From positions 3,904,001-3,968,000 of the forward strand of contig OZ243956.1 in NCBI GenBank assembly GCA_965214405.1: DNA of 64,000 bases, read 5' to 3'. Position numbers and translations under genes: made by a program. Source of the DNA: Trueperaceae bacterium. GTDB lineage: Bacteria; Deinococcota; Deinococci; Deinococcales; Trueperaceae. The notes beneath the pieces are model-generated. The model searched no databases. It saw only the letters and a program-made list of their open reading frames with translations, and was not told where the DNA came from. Shown here one piece after another: positions 1 through 9,541 of this stretch. Positions within the stretch are counted from its first letter, which is position 1, and each line of letters opens with the position of its first letter.

Positions 1-461
1 CGCGTGCGGTCTCGCCTCGTTGCGGGAAGCGCGGTGGCCGCCAAAATTAGCACTAACGCGCCAACAAGATAGGCGTTCCAGTCCGGCTCATACGCTGCGC
101 CCAACACCCACGGCGCGATGAAAAGACCCGCACCCAGCAAGATGTTGCTCCACTCCGCCAGCGCAGTGTGGGGCATCGCCAGCGCCCAGATAGACACCAA
201 GACGATAAGCGCGCCTACCCAGTAGGCGTCCGTGGCGTAACCACCCGCATTGGGAAGAAACCACGGCGAAATAAACAACCACGCGCCCAAGAGCAGATTG
301 ACAATGTCCTGCCAGCGCCGGGCTGGCTCCTCGACATAGGTGTCTCTCACGGCTGTATCTCTTGTGGTGTCTCTCGTGGTGGTCGTATCGGTCGTTTTCG
401 CACCTGTTGTTTTTGTATCCGAGTACGCTTCGACTTTTTTGGTCTCGTTGTCTCGAGCCAT
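1..461 (-). CDS. SPW-repeat membrane protein (runs off window start)
   Basis: Not in ORF track. Manual translation from ATG at 461: MARDNETKK...TTRDTTRDT...RRWQDIVNLLLGAWLFISPWFL...WSNILLGAGLFIAPWVLG; two SPW-type repeats; no stop before window edge. Confidence 0.8.
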   Translation of the reverse strand, partial: MARDNETKKVEAYSDTKTTGAKTTDTTTTRDTTRDTAVRDTYVEEPARRWQDIVNLLLGAWLFISPWFLPNAGGYATDAYWVGALIVLVSIWALAMPHTALAEWSNILLGAGLFIAPWVLGAAYEPDWNAYLVGALVLILAATALPATRRDRT

Positions 462-693
462 AGTAACCCCCTTCTTTCGCTTATTTATACTCTTTTTTAT
501 AAATTCACTTCCGTAGCCGTGACGGCAATTCGTGAGTTAGGTCACAACGGGAGTCTCTTTACGCCACCGCGTGACCAGGGATTGTCCAGCGTTTACGCAG
601 CTTTCTGCTCCATTCAACTTACTAACTGTCGTGGGACGTCTCGAGGTGGCGTCATCCCTGCTAAAAGCACCTAACCACAAAAGCTCTTGACAG

Positions 694-710
694 ACTTAAC
701 AATGTTAAGT
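694..710. promoter_or_regulatory. Putative TetR operator overlapping tetR promoter
   Basis: Palindrome ACTTAAC-aat-GTTAAGT just downstream of TTGACA (687-692); second copy ACTTAAC-ggc-GTTAATT at 1396-1412. Confidence 0.65.
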
Positions 711-724
711 AAAGTAGAAGTGTT

Positions 725-1375
725 ATGACCGTAAAAGCCACTCGAGCCCAGCGCCTCAAGCAGGCCAGCCTCAAACGGCGTGAGCAGGACAAGGCGGAGA
801 CGCGGCGCAGTATTTTGGACGCGGCGGTAGCCCTTTTTCAAGAACACGGCTTCGAGAACTTTTCCCTGCGAGGCGTGGCCGAGGCGATTGGCTACTCACC
901 AACGACTATCTATCTTTATTTCGCGGATAAAGACGACCTGCTGTTCCACGCGGCGATGGAAGGCTTTGTCAAGTTCGGCGAGATGTTGCAGGCAGCTTAC
1001 GACGGGGCCGCGACGCCCTTAGAGCGCTTTGGTGCGACGGGGCGGGCGTATGTGAATTTTGGCCTCGAGAACCCCGTCCCGTACCGCCTCATGTTTATGC
1101 AGCGCGGCGAGTTTTTGGAGCGTGACGCACCCCCAGGGTACGAATCAATCATCGACTCGTTCGGCGTGCTCACCAAAGCCTTGCAGGAATGTTTGGACGC
1201 GGGCGTAATTAAGCCCGGCGACCTCAGAACCTACGCGGGCATGGCCTGGGCGAACGTCCACGGCGTCGTAGCCCTCGCCATCAGCACGCCTTATATCGAT
1301 GAAAGGGCGGCGTACGGGATTCTCGAGCTCTATCAAACGAGCATTATCGAAGGCATGAAGGCTGAGGAGACGTAG
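725..1375 (+). CDS. TetR/AcrR family transcriptional regulator
   Basis: HTH: ILDAAVALFQEHGFENFSLRGVAEAIGYSPTTIYLYF; C-terminal WANVHG (WHG-type). Confidence 0.92.
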   Translation: MTVKATRAQRLKQASLKRREQDKAETRRSILDAAVALFQEHGFENFSLRGVAEAIGYSPTTIYLYFADKDDLLFHAAMEGFVKFGEMLQAAYDGAATPLERFGATGRAYVNFGLENPVPYRLMFMQRGEFLERDAPPGYESIIDSFGVLTKALQECLDAGVIKPGDLRTYAGMAWANVHGVVALAISTPYIDERAAYGILELYQTSIIEGMKAEET

Positions 1376-1395
1376 CACGAACCGTTTTTCCATAA

Positions 1396-1412
1396 ACTTA
1401 ACGGCGTTAATT
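1396..1412. promoter_or_regulatory. Second putative TetR operator upstream of membrane-protein genes
   Basis: ACTTAACggcGTTAATT matches the palindrome at 694-710. Confidence 0.6.
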
Positions 1413-1511
1413 ATATGAGTGCAAACAAGCAACCCCCTTCTTTCGAAGGACGACAAGGTGACGCAAGGCCCTTAGGGTGAAGAAATCCCAGGGTAGCAAA
1501 AGGAGAAACAA

Positions 1512-2525
1512 ATGGCGACTCTAAACTCCAGCTTAGATACAAGGTCAAACCGCAATCCGGTTTCGTTTATCAAGAGGATGTGGCAGATTCACGCGCCTAT
1601 GACGTTGCTAAGCCTTGTCACGGCGGGACTCACTCTCTTTTTCGTCGTCGGAATTTTCGCAGATTCGCGCATGATTACGGGCGCACCCGCCTGGCTCAAA
1701 CCTGCTAAATTTGCTCTCTCGATTTCTATCTATACCCTAACCATCACTTGGATGCTCGGTTTTGTCGAGACCGAAAGACGCTGGAAAAAACGGCTTGTCG
1801 GTCTACTCGGCTGGCTCATCGTCGGTGTGTTCGTCCTTGAAATGATACCGGTCGTCGTCCAGGTCGTGCGCGGGACCACAAGTCACTTCAATGTTGCAAC
1901 GCCCCTTGAGGCTCTTCTATGGTCGGTCATGGGGGCCGCCATCGTGACGCTCTGGACGACAAACTTTGTGCTCGCCGCGCTGCTGCTTTTTCAGCGTTTT
2001 GAAGCCCCGGCCTTTGCCTGGTCGCTGCGTCTGGGGCTCATCATCGCCATCGTCGGGATGGGGCTGGGTTTCTTGATGACGACGCCCACCGCGCAGCAGA
2101 TGGCGAGCTGGCAAGGGGGCGCGCCCGTCACGGTCGTCGGGGCGCACACAGTAGGTTTTGAGGACGGTGGACCGGGGCTGCCGGTCGTCGGCTGGAGCAC
2201 GCGGGGCGGCGATCTCAGGGTGGGTCACTTTATCGGGATGCACGCGTTGCAGGTGTTGCCCTTCCTGGGGCTGTTCATCGTGCGCCGCCGCTTGAGCAGA
2301 AAGCAGGGGGTGAGGCTCGTGTGGACGGCGGCGGCGGGTCTTCTGGGCGTGGTGCTGCTGGTGACGTGGCAGGCGCTGCGGGCGCAGCCGCTTACGCAGC
2401 CGGACGCTCTGACGGTGGCGGTGTTCGCCGCCCTTGTCGGGTTTACGGCGCTGGCGGTGGGCGTCATTTTGAAGGGTGAGGGAGCTCGAGCCTCTACACT
2501 CACATCATCTTCTAAATCCGATTAA
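1512..2525 (+). CDS. Multi-pass membrane protein of unknown function
   Basis: RBS AAGGAG; ~8 hydrophobic segments; WLKPAKF, RGTTSHFN, GDLRVGHFIGMHALQ motifs. Confidence 0.8.
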   Translation: MATLNSSLDTRSNRNPVSFIKRMWQIHAPMTLLSLVTAGLTLFFVVGIFADSRMITGAPAWLKPAKFALSISIYTLTITWMLGFVETERRWKKRLVGLLGWLIVGVFVLEMIPVVVQVVRGTTSHFNVATPLEALLWSVMGAAIVTLWTTNFVLAALLLFQRFEAPAFAWSLRLGLIIAIVGMGLGFLMTTPTAQQMASWQGGAPVTVVGAHTVGFEDGGPGLPVVGWSTRGGDLRVGHFIGMHALQVLPFLGLFIVRRRLSRKQGVRLVWTAAAGLLGVVLLVTWQALRAQPLTQPDALTVAVFAALVGFTALAVGVILKGEGARASTLTSSSKSD

Positions 2526-2566
2526 CCAAGTCTGAGCAAAGCTGGCAGAGGAAAGGAGCAAACATC

Positions 2567-2980
2567 ATGAGCGATCTAGTCCTAAGCACCGCGGGCGTTC
2601 TCCTGGTCGTGCTGCCCACCGTCGCATATGGCGGCGTGAGCATCCTGCGCCTCGTTTATATCAAGCGCAGCGACTACATGAAAAACGAACTCCGGCAAAA
2701 GTTCTGGCGGGCGGGTCACGCCCACGCGGGTGTTTTTCTCATCTTGTCCCTGGCGGCGCTGCCGTACCTCGACGCCGCTCAGTTGTCCACAGGCCTCAAA
2801 TCCTTAGTGACGTGGCTTGTCCCCGGCGCGGCCATCCTCATACCCGCCGCCTTTTTCTTTTCCGTCGCCGCGCCCGACGCGCAAAAGCCCAACGCGCTTA
2901 TCAACCTCGCTTATGTGGGGTTTGCCTCCCTCGTGATCGGGCTCGCTCTGCTTGGCGTCGGCTTATTTTTGGCGCTTTAG
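2567..2980 (+). CDS. Small 4-TM membrane protein
   Basis: RBS AAGGAG; RAGHAHAG motif; four hydrophobic helices. Confidence 0.8.
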   Translation: MSDLVLSTAGVLLVVLPTVAYGGVSILRLVYIKRSDYMKNELRQKFWRAGHAHAGVFLILSLAALPYLDAAQLSTGLKSLVTWLVPGAAILIPAAFFFSVAAPDAQKPNALINLAYVGFASLVIGLALLGVGLFLAL

Positions 2981-3016
2981 ATAGCGCGCCAAGGTCGCCG
3001 CCCCTAGCCCAAAACG

Positions 3017-3057
3017 AACGCCCGAACCTGCGGCCATAAGAGCCGAGTTCGGGCGTT
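3017..3057. terminator. Hairpin between convergent genes
   Basis: AACGCCCGAAC...GTTCGGGCGTT inverted repeat. Confidence 0.5.
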
Positions 3058-3115
3058 AAGACTGGACAAGCTGCGGGTCGGGCTGAGGCTATGAAGATGA
3101 GGCTCCAGGCTGAGA

Positions 3116-4297
3116 CTAAGAAGACCTGTCCTCGGTCGAAACGCCTTTGGGAATGACAATCCGCTGCGTTGCGCCCGGATTTCTCAACCGTTCCTCGAAG
3201 CTCCTGCTTTCATAGGGGCTTTTGTAAGCTTCATAAGTGGCGTAACCCCGGCCCCGTCGTCTGCTGTTACGACTCCCGTTCTGGTTTTTAAGCACGCGCC
3301 ACGCGAGCAGCCCTGCGCTGACGCCCACGAGCAAGCCCGCGACCGTTCCCGAGGTTCCGGGGCGCGTTTGCGCTTGGGTATAGAGGCTCGTCTGGCGCAC
3401 GCCGCCGCGGTTGTAGCCGCGCACGGCCCCGCCGCCGGAGGCGCTGTAGAGTCCGTCCCCGCCCTCCCGCGCGGGCGCGCTGCCCCGCTGCTGGTCGAAA
3501 ATGAATGTCTCCATGTACTTGTCGGCTAAGCGCGGCGCATTTCTACCAAAGGCCGCGATGCCCTTGCCGCCCGCGCCGCCCACGAACATGTCGCGCTGCT
3601 TGTGCGTGGCACAGTGAAGAATCGCCTCGGCGGCCAAGTTGGGGTGGTAAACGGGAGAGGGCAGCGCGGCCTTTTTGTCCATGTAGTTTTTGGCGTGCTC
3701 AGCGTAGTTGGTGTCTAGCGCGGCGGGTTTGATGAGCGACACCCACACGGGCGCGTCTTCGTGCTCCAACTCCATCCTTAAGGCGTCGGTAAAGCCCTTC
3801 ACGGCGTGCTTCGAGGCCGAGTACATCCCCTGAATGGGGATGGCGCGGTCGGACAAGGTCGAGCCTACGTTGATAATCGTCCCGAGCGCGTCCTTGTGCG
3901 TCTTGAGGTGTTTGGCGGCCTCGAGCGACCCGTAAACCGTGCCCCAAAAGTTCGTATCAAAAAGCTGACGGCTGTCCTCGGTGGTGACCTCTTCTAAAAG
4001 TCCATAGATCGAGACGCCCGCGTTGTTGACCCAGGTGTCAAAACGCCCGTGCTCCTCAATCGCTTTGTCCGAGAGACGTTGCACATCCTCTTCTTTACTC
4101 ACGTCCACGACGACGTAGCTCGCCTTGCCGCCCTCTTCTTTGATGCCGTCGACGATTTTTTTGAGTGCATCTTCGCTGCGCGCTCCCAAAACGACGCGCG
4201 CGCCCTCTTCGGCGGCCATCTCCGCGGTCGCGCGCCCGATGCCGCTGCTCGCGCCGGTAATGACGATAATTTGCTCTTCGAGCGATTTTTGTTTCAT
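3116..4297 (-). CDS. SDR family oxidoreductase with C-terminal membrane anchor/extension
   Basis: TGASSGIG, NNAG and YSASK motifs. Confidence 0.92.
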   Translation of the reverse strand: MKQKSLEEQIIVITGASSGIGRATAEMAAEEGARVVLGARSEDALKKIVDGIKEEGGKASYVVVDVSKEEDVQRLSDKAIEEHGRFDTWVNNAGVSIYGLLEEVTTEDSRQLFDTNFWGTVYGSLEAAKHLKTHKDALGTIINVGSTLSDRAIPIQGMYSASKHAVKGFTDALRMELEHEDAPVWVSLIKPAALDTNYAEHAKNYMDKKAALPSPVYHPNLAAEAILHCATHKQRDMFVGGAGGKGIAAFGRNAPRLADKYMETFIFDQQRGSAPAREGGDGLYSASGGGAVRGYNRGGVRQTSLYTQAQTRPGTSGTVAGLLVGVSAGLLAWRVLKNQNGSRNSRRRGRGYATYEAYKSPYESRSFEERLRNPGATQRIVIPKGVSTEDRSS

Positions 4298-4394
4298 AAA
4301 TCCCCCTTTTCCTTTTCGAAGTATAGGTTCGCCGCCACGGGGGGACTGTGGGCGGTTACGGAAAGGTGTCGGTATAGCCTGGTGTCACGCGTCC

Positions 4395-6392
4395 TTACGC
4401 CTTGAAACGGATTTCCACCATCTGATGACCGACAAGGTCGGGTAGGGTAAAGTTCACCCTGCCGTTTTGGACCCTCCACTCGAGCCCCGCCCCTTCCGGC
4501 ACAAGGGTCACCGCCTCGACCTCGGCGGGAACCGCCACGTTCAGCGCGATGTTGGTGAGCGGAATCACGTCTTCGATGACGTCGATGGTGTCGCTGCGCC
4601 GCAGGGGCAGGTAGTGAAGCAGGTGCAAAACGTAGCTCTCCGTCCCTTTCTTATTGAGGCTGACTTGCAAGGTCGAGGGGCCGGAATGCTTGACCAGCGG
4701 CGCCCCAAGCACATCCTTTAGCACGTTGTGTAGCAGCGCCCTGCACCACCTAGGCGCGTTGTGCTGGTATTGGCGGAACAGGGGGTGCGCAAGATAGGTG
4801 AGGTCGCCCTTTCTGGTGACGCCCGGATAGACCGCCTCACCCGTTGAAGGCGCGTGCTTGTGCGACATAAAAGTCTCAAAGGTGCGGTTGAAATAAGGGC
4901 GGTTCACCTCGGCAAGCACCTCCGTGCCCTTCTGGGCCGCCACCAAACTACCGCGCAGGTACATGACGTATTCGCCCGCGTCCAAATCCTCCGCGAGAAA
5001 GCCTTGGGGGACTAAGAAGTCGGGCTGGTAAGGGGCGTCGCCCTGATACTCGAGCCCGAAAAAAGGGGGAAGAGTGCCATTTTGAAGCAGCCCGGACCGA
5101 TGTGAGGCGATAACCTTGCCGCCCGCGTTGAGGTAGGCCTCGAGCTTACTGGCATCATCCGCCGACAGCGCAATCTCGTCGGGCAAAATCAGGACTTTGT
5201 AACCCGACAGGTCCGTTTTGAAACTCACGAAGTTGAACTGATAACCGTAGGCTTCCAACATACGAACAGCCCCCGAGGAGGCTTTAGGTACGCGGCCCTC
5301 GGGCGTAGACGCGGGCGGCGTCGTTTCGCTGCCGAACCCTTCGGGCAGCATCACGCCGATTTCCGTGACGGCTTTAACATCCTTACACCACGGCTCTTTT
5401 TTCTCGACCTCTTTGTAGACGCTGCCGATGAGGTCATAACTGGGCGCGTCAAGCCTCCCGCTCGGGTGAAGCTGGTCGCCGATGCTACACGCCGCGCCGA
5501 GGGCGAGCATCTGGAAGCACTCATACTCGAGCGCTTCCCTATTTTTGTACGAGTGAAAGTCGCCCCACTCGGTGTGAAATTTGCCGGTCATGCCCAGGAT
5601 GGGTTTGGGCAGCGTGCGAGCGTAGCGGGCGGTGACGGGAAAATGGACGTAGCCCCACTCGCCGCTGGGTAGGGACTCGAGTTCCAGATGCGTGTAAGTG
5701 TCTAAGGCTGGATAGATGGACGGGCTGATGTGGCCTTCGTTGTAAAAGATCGTGCAGTCGTCGCTGAAACCGCGCACGAACTCGCTCATGTCGTTCTTAA
5801 ACTCGGAAATGACGTGCAGCCCAAAGCGGCGGCGCGCGTCCTCGTCACTCGGGTCGAGACCTGCTTCTTCCATCTGCCGTTTGGTGGCGACGGAGCTGTC
5901 GTCAAGAGGCTTGACGATGTCGAACCAGAGGCCGTCTACTGGCAGCAGTTCAAAGATTTCCGCGACGTGGTCTTTCAAAAAGTCCAGATACGGTGAATTC
6001 ACCCGCAGGTTGTGGCGAAACCCCGCCTCGAACGGCCCCGGCCCCTGAACCCGTCCGTTTTTGTCCAGCGCGAGCCATTCGGGCTGGGCCTGCGCGGTAA
6101 AAAAGTCCCACTGCACCGTCGTATAGATGGGCGTTTTGATACCAAGTGCGTGACACGCCTCGATTTGTTCCTTGAGCAGATTGACTTCCAAGTGAGGATG
6201 CCGCCGCTCGGGAAAACGTTTTGTATCGAAGTAGATATAGCCGTGGTGGCAGCGCGCGAAAAGGTTGATGGAGTTGACGTGCGCCTCGGCAAGCGTGTCG
6301 GCAAACCTTTGGGCGTCGAACTTCGCGCCGACCCCGGTAATTTGCTGTGCGGTGTGGAAGTCTAAGTGAATTTGTCTGAAGGGGAGTGACAC
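4395..6392 (-). CDS. Glycoside hydrolase, GH151-like alpha-L-fucosidase with beta-galactosidase trimerisation-type domain
   Basis: RQIHLDFHT, FARCHHG, LELESLPSGEWGY, GMTGKFHTEWGDF, CSIGDQLHP motifs; start set at GTG 6392 behind AAAGGA. Confidence 0.75.
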   Translation of the reverse strand: MSLPFRQIHLDFHTAQQITGVGAKFDAQRFADTLAEAHVNSINLFARCHHGYIYFDTKRFPERRHPHLEVNLLKEQIEACHALGIKTPIYTTVQWDFFTAQAQPEWLALDKNGRVQGPGPFEAGFRHNLRVNSPYLDFLKDHVAEIFELLPVDGLWFDIVKPLDDSSVATKRQMEEAGLDPSDEDARRRFGLHVISEFKNDMSEFVRGFSDDCTIFYNEGHISPSIYPALDTYTHLELESLPSGEWGYVHFPVTARYARTLPKPILGMTGKFHTEWGDFHSYKNREALEYECFQMLALGAACSIGDQLHPSGRLDAPSYDLIGSVYKEVEKKEPWCKDVKAVTEIGVMLPEGFGSETTPPASTPEGRVPKASSGAVRMLEAYGYQFNFVSFKTDLSGYKVLILPDEIALSADDASKLEAYLNAGGKVIASHRSGLLQNGTLPPFFGLEYQGDAPYQPDFLVPQGFLAEDLDAGEYVMYLRGSLVAAQKGTEVLAEVNRPYFNRTFETFMSHKHAPSTGEAVYPGVTRKGDLTYLAHPLFRQYQHNAPRWCRALLHNVLKDVLGAPLVKHSGPSTLQVSLNKKGTESYVLHLLHYLPLRRSDTIDVIEDVIPLTNIALNVAVPAEVEAVTLVPEGAGLEWRVQNGRVNFTLPDLVGHQMVEIRFKA

Positions 6393-6501
6393 GTGAGGGT
6401 CCTTTCGTGCTCGAGTAAGCATCTCTGGTCAGGTTAAACAAGCTACAACGCTGCCTAAGAAGCACTAAGTCGTAACAATCTTCAAGCCGTTCTTTAACCA
6501 C

Positions 6502-7344
6502 TTAGCCCTTCAACGACCCCGCCGTAATGCCCTCGATAATGTAGCGTTGCGCGAAAAAGTAGAAAATGAGCACAGGCAAAGCCGCCAGCGTGAGACCGGT
6601 CAGCATAAGGTCGTACTGCACCCGGCCCAAACCGCTCACAAAAGACACCACGCCGATGGGAATGGTGTAGGCGTCGTTGTTCCCGCCCACAAAGGTGAGG
6701 GCAAACAGGTACTCGTTCCAGACGTTGACAAGGTTGAGGATAATCACGGTCATGAGGGCGGGCCGCGCGAGGGGCAGCGCGACGGAAAAAAAGATACGCG
6801 CTGTCGAGCAGCCGTCGAGCCGCGCCGACTCTTCGATTTCGCGCGGGATGTTTCTAAAAAAGTCGCGCAGGATGAACACCGACACGGGCAAGCCGAAGCC
6901 GATATAGGGAAAGACCAGCGCCGCCAGTTTGTTGAGCAGACCCAAGTCGCGCATCATGGCGTACAGCGGGATGAGGGTCACGTAGATGGGAATCATGGTG
7001 CCCGACAGGAACAGCAAAAAGAGAAGTTCGCGCCCCCGAAAGGGCACGCGCGCGAAAATATACGCCGCCATCGCCGCGATAAGCGTGAGTAGCGGCACCG
7101 TGATTAGACTGAGCAGCGTAGAGTTCAAATAAAAGGTTTGAAAGGCGTCACTCGCCAAAACTTTGGCGTAGTTGGCGAACGACAGCGCGGTCGGTAGCGC
7201 CCACAGGTTCGTCAAAATCTCTCGAGTCGGCTTGAACGACGAGTAGATCATCCACAGGACCGGGTAACCGAACAAGATGGCGAAAAACGCCGCGATGAGG
7301 TACTGCCACCACATGCCTACGTGAAGCTTGAGGGCTCTGGTCAT
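6502..7344 (-). CDS. Carbohydrate ABC transporter permease (MalG-like)
   Basis: EESARLDG EAA motif, WNEYLFA; ATG at 7344 overlaps upstream stop. Confidence 0.92.
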   Translation of the reverse strand: MTRALKLHVGMWWQYLIAAFFAILFGYPVLWMIYSSFKPTREILTNLWALPTALSFANYAKVLASDAFQTFYLNSTLLSLITVPLLTLIAAMAAYIFARVPFRGRELLFLLFLSGTMIPIYVTLIPLYAMMRDLGLLNKLAALVFPYIGFGLPVSVFILRDFFRNIPREIEESARLDGCSTARIFFSVALPLARPALMTVIILNLVNVWNEYLFALTFVGGNNDAYTIPIGVVSFVSGLGRVQYDLMLTGLTLAALPVLIFYFFAQRYIIEGITAGSLKG

Positions 7345-8270
7345 CACCTCTCCTCGCGCTGCCGGGTCACAAAGATGTACACCACCGCCACCACCAGCGC
7401 CATCGCAAACAGCGTAAAGGCGATCGCGCTGCCGTAGCCGAACTTTTGCGACCTGAACGACTGCTTGAACATATACGTCGCCATCACACTGCTGCTGTTG
7501 GACGGGCCGCCCTCGGTCAAAATCCAGACCATGTCGAAAAACTTGAGCGAACCCACGATGGCGAGTAGGGAGACGACCCTGGTAGTCGAGCTGAGTAGGG
7601 GCAGGGTGATAAAACGCTGCTGCTGCCAACCGCTCGCCCCGTCAATTTGCGCCGACTCGTAAAGCTCGCCGGGAATCCCCTGAATCGCGGCGATAAAAAT
7701 GACGAGGTAAAAGCCTAGGTACTTCCAGGTCGTCACCACCATCACGCTGACCATCACGATATTGGGGTCGGCGAGCCACGACTGCGTGAAATGCCCAAGG
7801 CCTAAGTCGCGCAGTAGCGTGTTCAACATGCCGAACTGCGGGTTGTAAATCCACGACCAGATCACCGCCACGATGACCTCTGACAAGACCATCGGCGCGA
7901 AGTAGAGGGTTCTAAAAAAAGCCGAGCCCTTGAGCTTGCTGGTTAGCAGCACGGCCAGACCAATCGCCAGCGGAATCTGCGTAACGAGCGACCACACCAC
8001 GACAAATACGTTGTTCCACACGCTTTGCCAGAAGAAGGGGTCGCTCATCAGCTTTTGATAGTTGCCCAGCCCCACGAAATCTGTGAGCCCGCCCAGCCCG
8101 TTCCAGTCGAACAGGCTGTAGCGCGCCGACAGGAAAATGGGCACGACGACGAAAACGAGAAAAATAACGAGGCCCGGCAGCAAAAAGAGCAGCGCGGTCA
8201 GCCGCCGCTCGTTCCAGAAGGGCGAGACTCTAGGCGCGCGGGTCTTTTGGGTCTGACTCGAGAGTGCCAT
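7344..8270 (-). CDS. Carbohydrate ABC transporter permease (MalF-like)
   Basis: FVGLGNY, LYESAQIDGA, LTEGGP motifs. Confidence 0.92.
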   Translation of the reverse strand: MALSSQTQKTRAPRVSPFWNERRLTALLFLLPGLVIFLVFVVVPIFLSARYSLFDWNGLGGLTDFVGLGNYQKLMSDPFFWQSVWNNVFVVVWSLVTQIPLAIGLAVLLTSKLKGSAFFRTLYFAPMVLSEVIVAVIWSWIYNPQFGMLNTLLRDLGLGHFTQSWLADPNIVMVSVMVVTTWKYLGFYLVIFIAAIQGIPGELYESAQIDGASGWQQQRFITLPLLSSTTRVVSLLAIVGSLKFFDMVWILTEGGPSNSSSVMATYMFKQSFRSQKFGYGSAIAFTLFAMALVVAVVYIFVTRQREER

Positions 8271-8279
8271 GAAAAGGCC

Positions 8280-8311
8280 AGAGAGCAGACGACGCACGTC
8301 GTCTGCTCTCT
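8280..8311. other. Perfect hairpin between SBP and permease genes (mRNA stabiliser/partial terminator)
   Basis: AGAGAGCAGACGACG-ca-CGTCGTCTGCTCTCT. Confidence 0.7.
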
Positions 8312-9541
8312 AAGGATTCAGTTGACCGGACCCAGTTCTTCGGTGGCGGTGCGCTCCATAATGTCTGCGGCCTCCTCCGGCGTGAGGGTGAGACCGAACA
8401 GCCCCTGCACCGTGTCGAGGTGCGCCTCTGCCAGGGCGGGCGGTAGGAACTGGTCATAGTAAAGCTGAAGATAGGTCGCATTGTCTAACAGCGCCGCGAC
8501 CTGCTGCGCAACGGGGTCTTCGATCGCGTCCTCGAACCCGCGCAGGGCGGGCAGGTCGCCGTTCGCGGCCACGCGCTGACCGAACGCTTCAGTGCCGACG
8601 AGCGCTAAAATCGCCCCTGCCGTCCCCTCGGGCGCGGTGGTGGAGATGGCGAGTGACTGGCCCACACCACCAATAACCTCGGTGGCCGCGCCCACACCGT
8701 CCGTAAAGGTCGGGAAGGGGTGGATGCCAAAGCTCTCGTAAACGAGGTCGGGGTCGATGTCTCTTAAACCGCCTAAGTCCCAGTTGCCCATCAGCCGCAT
8801 GGCTGCCTGACCGAGACCCATGATGGCCTGCGCGTCCTCGTTGGGGGTGCCGTTAAAGCCCTCGTTAAAGCAGCCCGCGTTGACCGCCTCTTGCAGGCGT
8901 TCGCCCGCCTCGACGAACACCTCGTCGGTAAAAGAGGTTTCGCGGTTTAGCGCGGACAAAAAGGGCTCGGGGCCGCCGAGGCGCGTGACGAGGTAAGAGT
9001 ACCAGTGAGAGCCGGGCCAGCGGTCCGCGTTACCTATTGCCATCGGTACGACGCCGTTTTGGCTGAAGGTCTCGCAAGCCGTAATGAACTGGTCCCAGGT
9101 TTCGGGGATGTCCACGCCGTACTCTTCGAACAGTGTGTCGTTGGTCCACAGCACCACGGCGGCAAGTTTCATAGGAAAAGCGTAACGCTCGCCGTCAAAG
9201 GTCGACGCGGCGAGCGCGCCCGGTATAAACAACGTTTCGCCGTCAAGCTCCGGGATGGGCGCGGCCACGCCCGCATCCGCGAACGCTTTGAGGCCGCCCC
9301 CGCCCCAGGTCTGGAACACGTCAGGCTGCTCCCCTGCCGACGCGGCAATCTGGAACTGGGTCTTGAACGGGTCGTTGTCGATGGCCTGCGCGTCAATGAC
9401 GAAGTCGCTCTGTTCACTGTTAAATGCTTCGATGGCGGGTGGCAAGACGGGCGCGAACGAGTCGCCTTCGGTGGCGATGTGCCACAGGGTGATGGGGGTT
9501 TGCGCGAACGCGAGACCGAAAACAAAAAGGAGTGGCAGTAA

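Noticed and set aside
168..674. 168-aa plus-strand ORF
   Set aside because: Overlaps the convincing SPW gene on the minus strand; composition is not protein-like.
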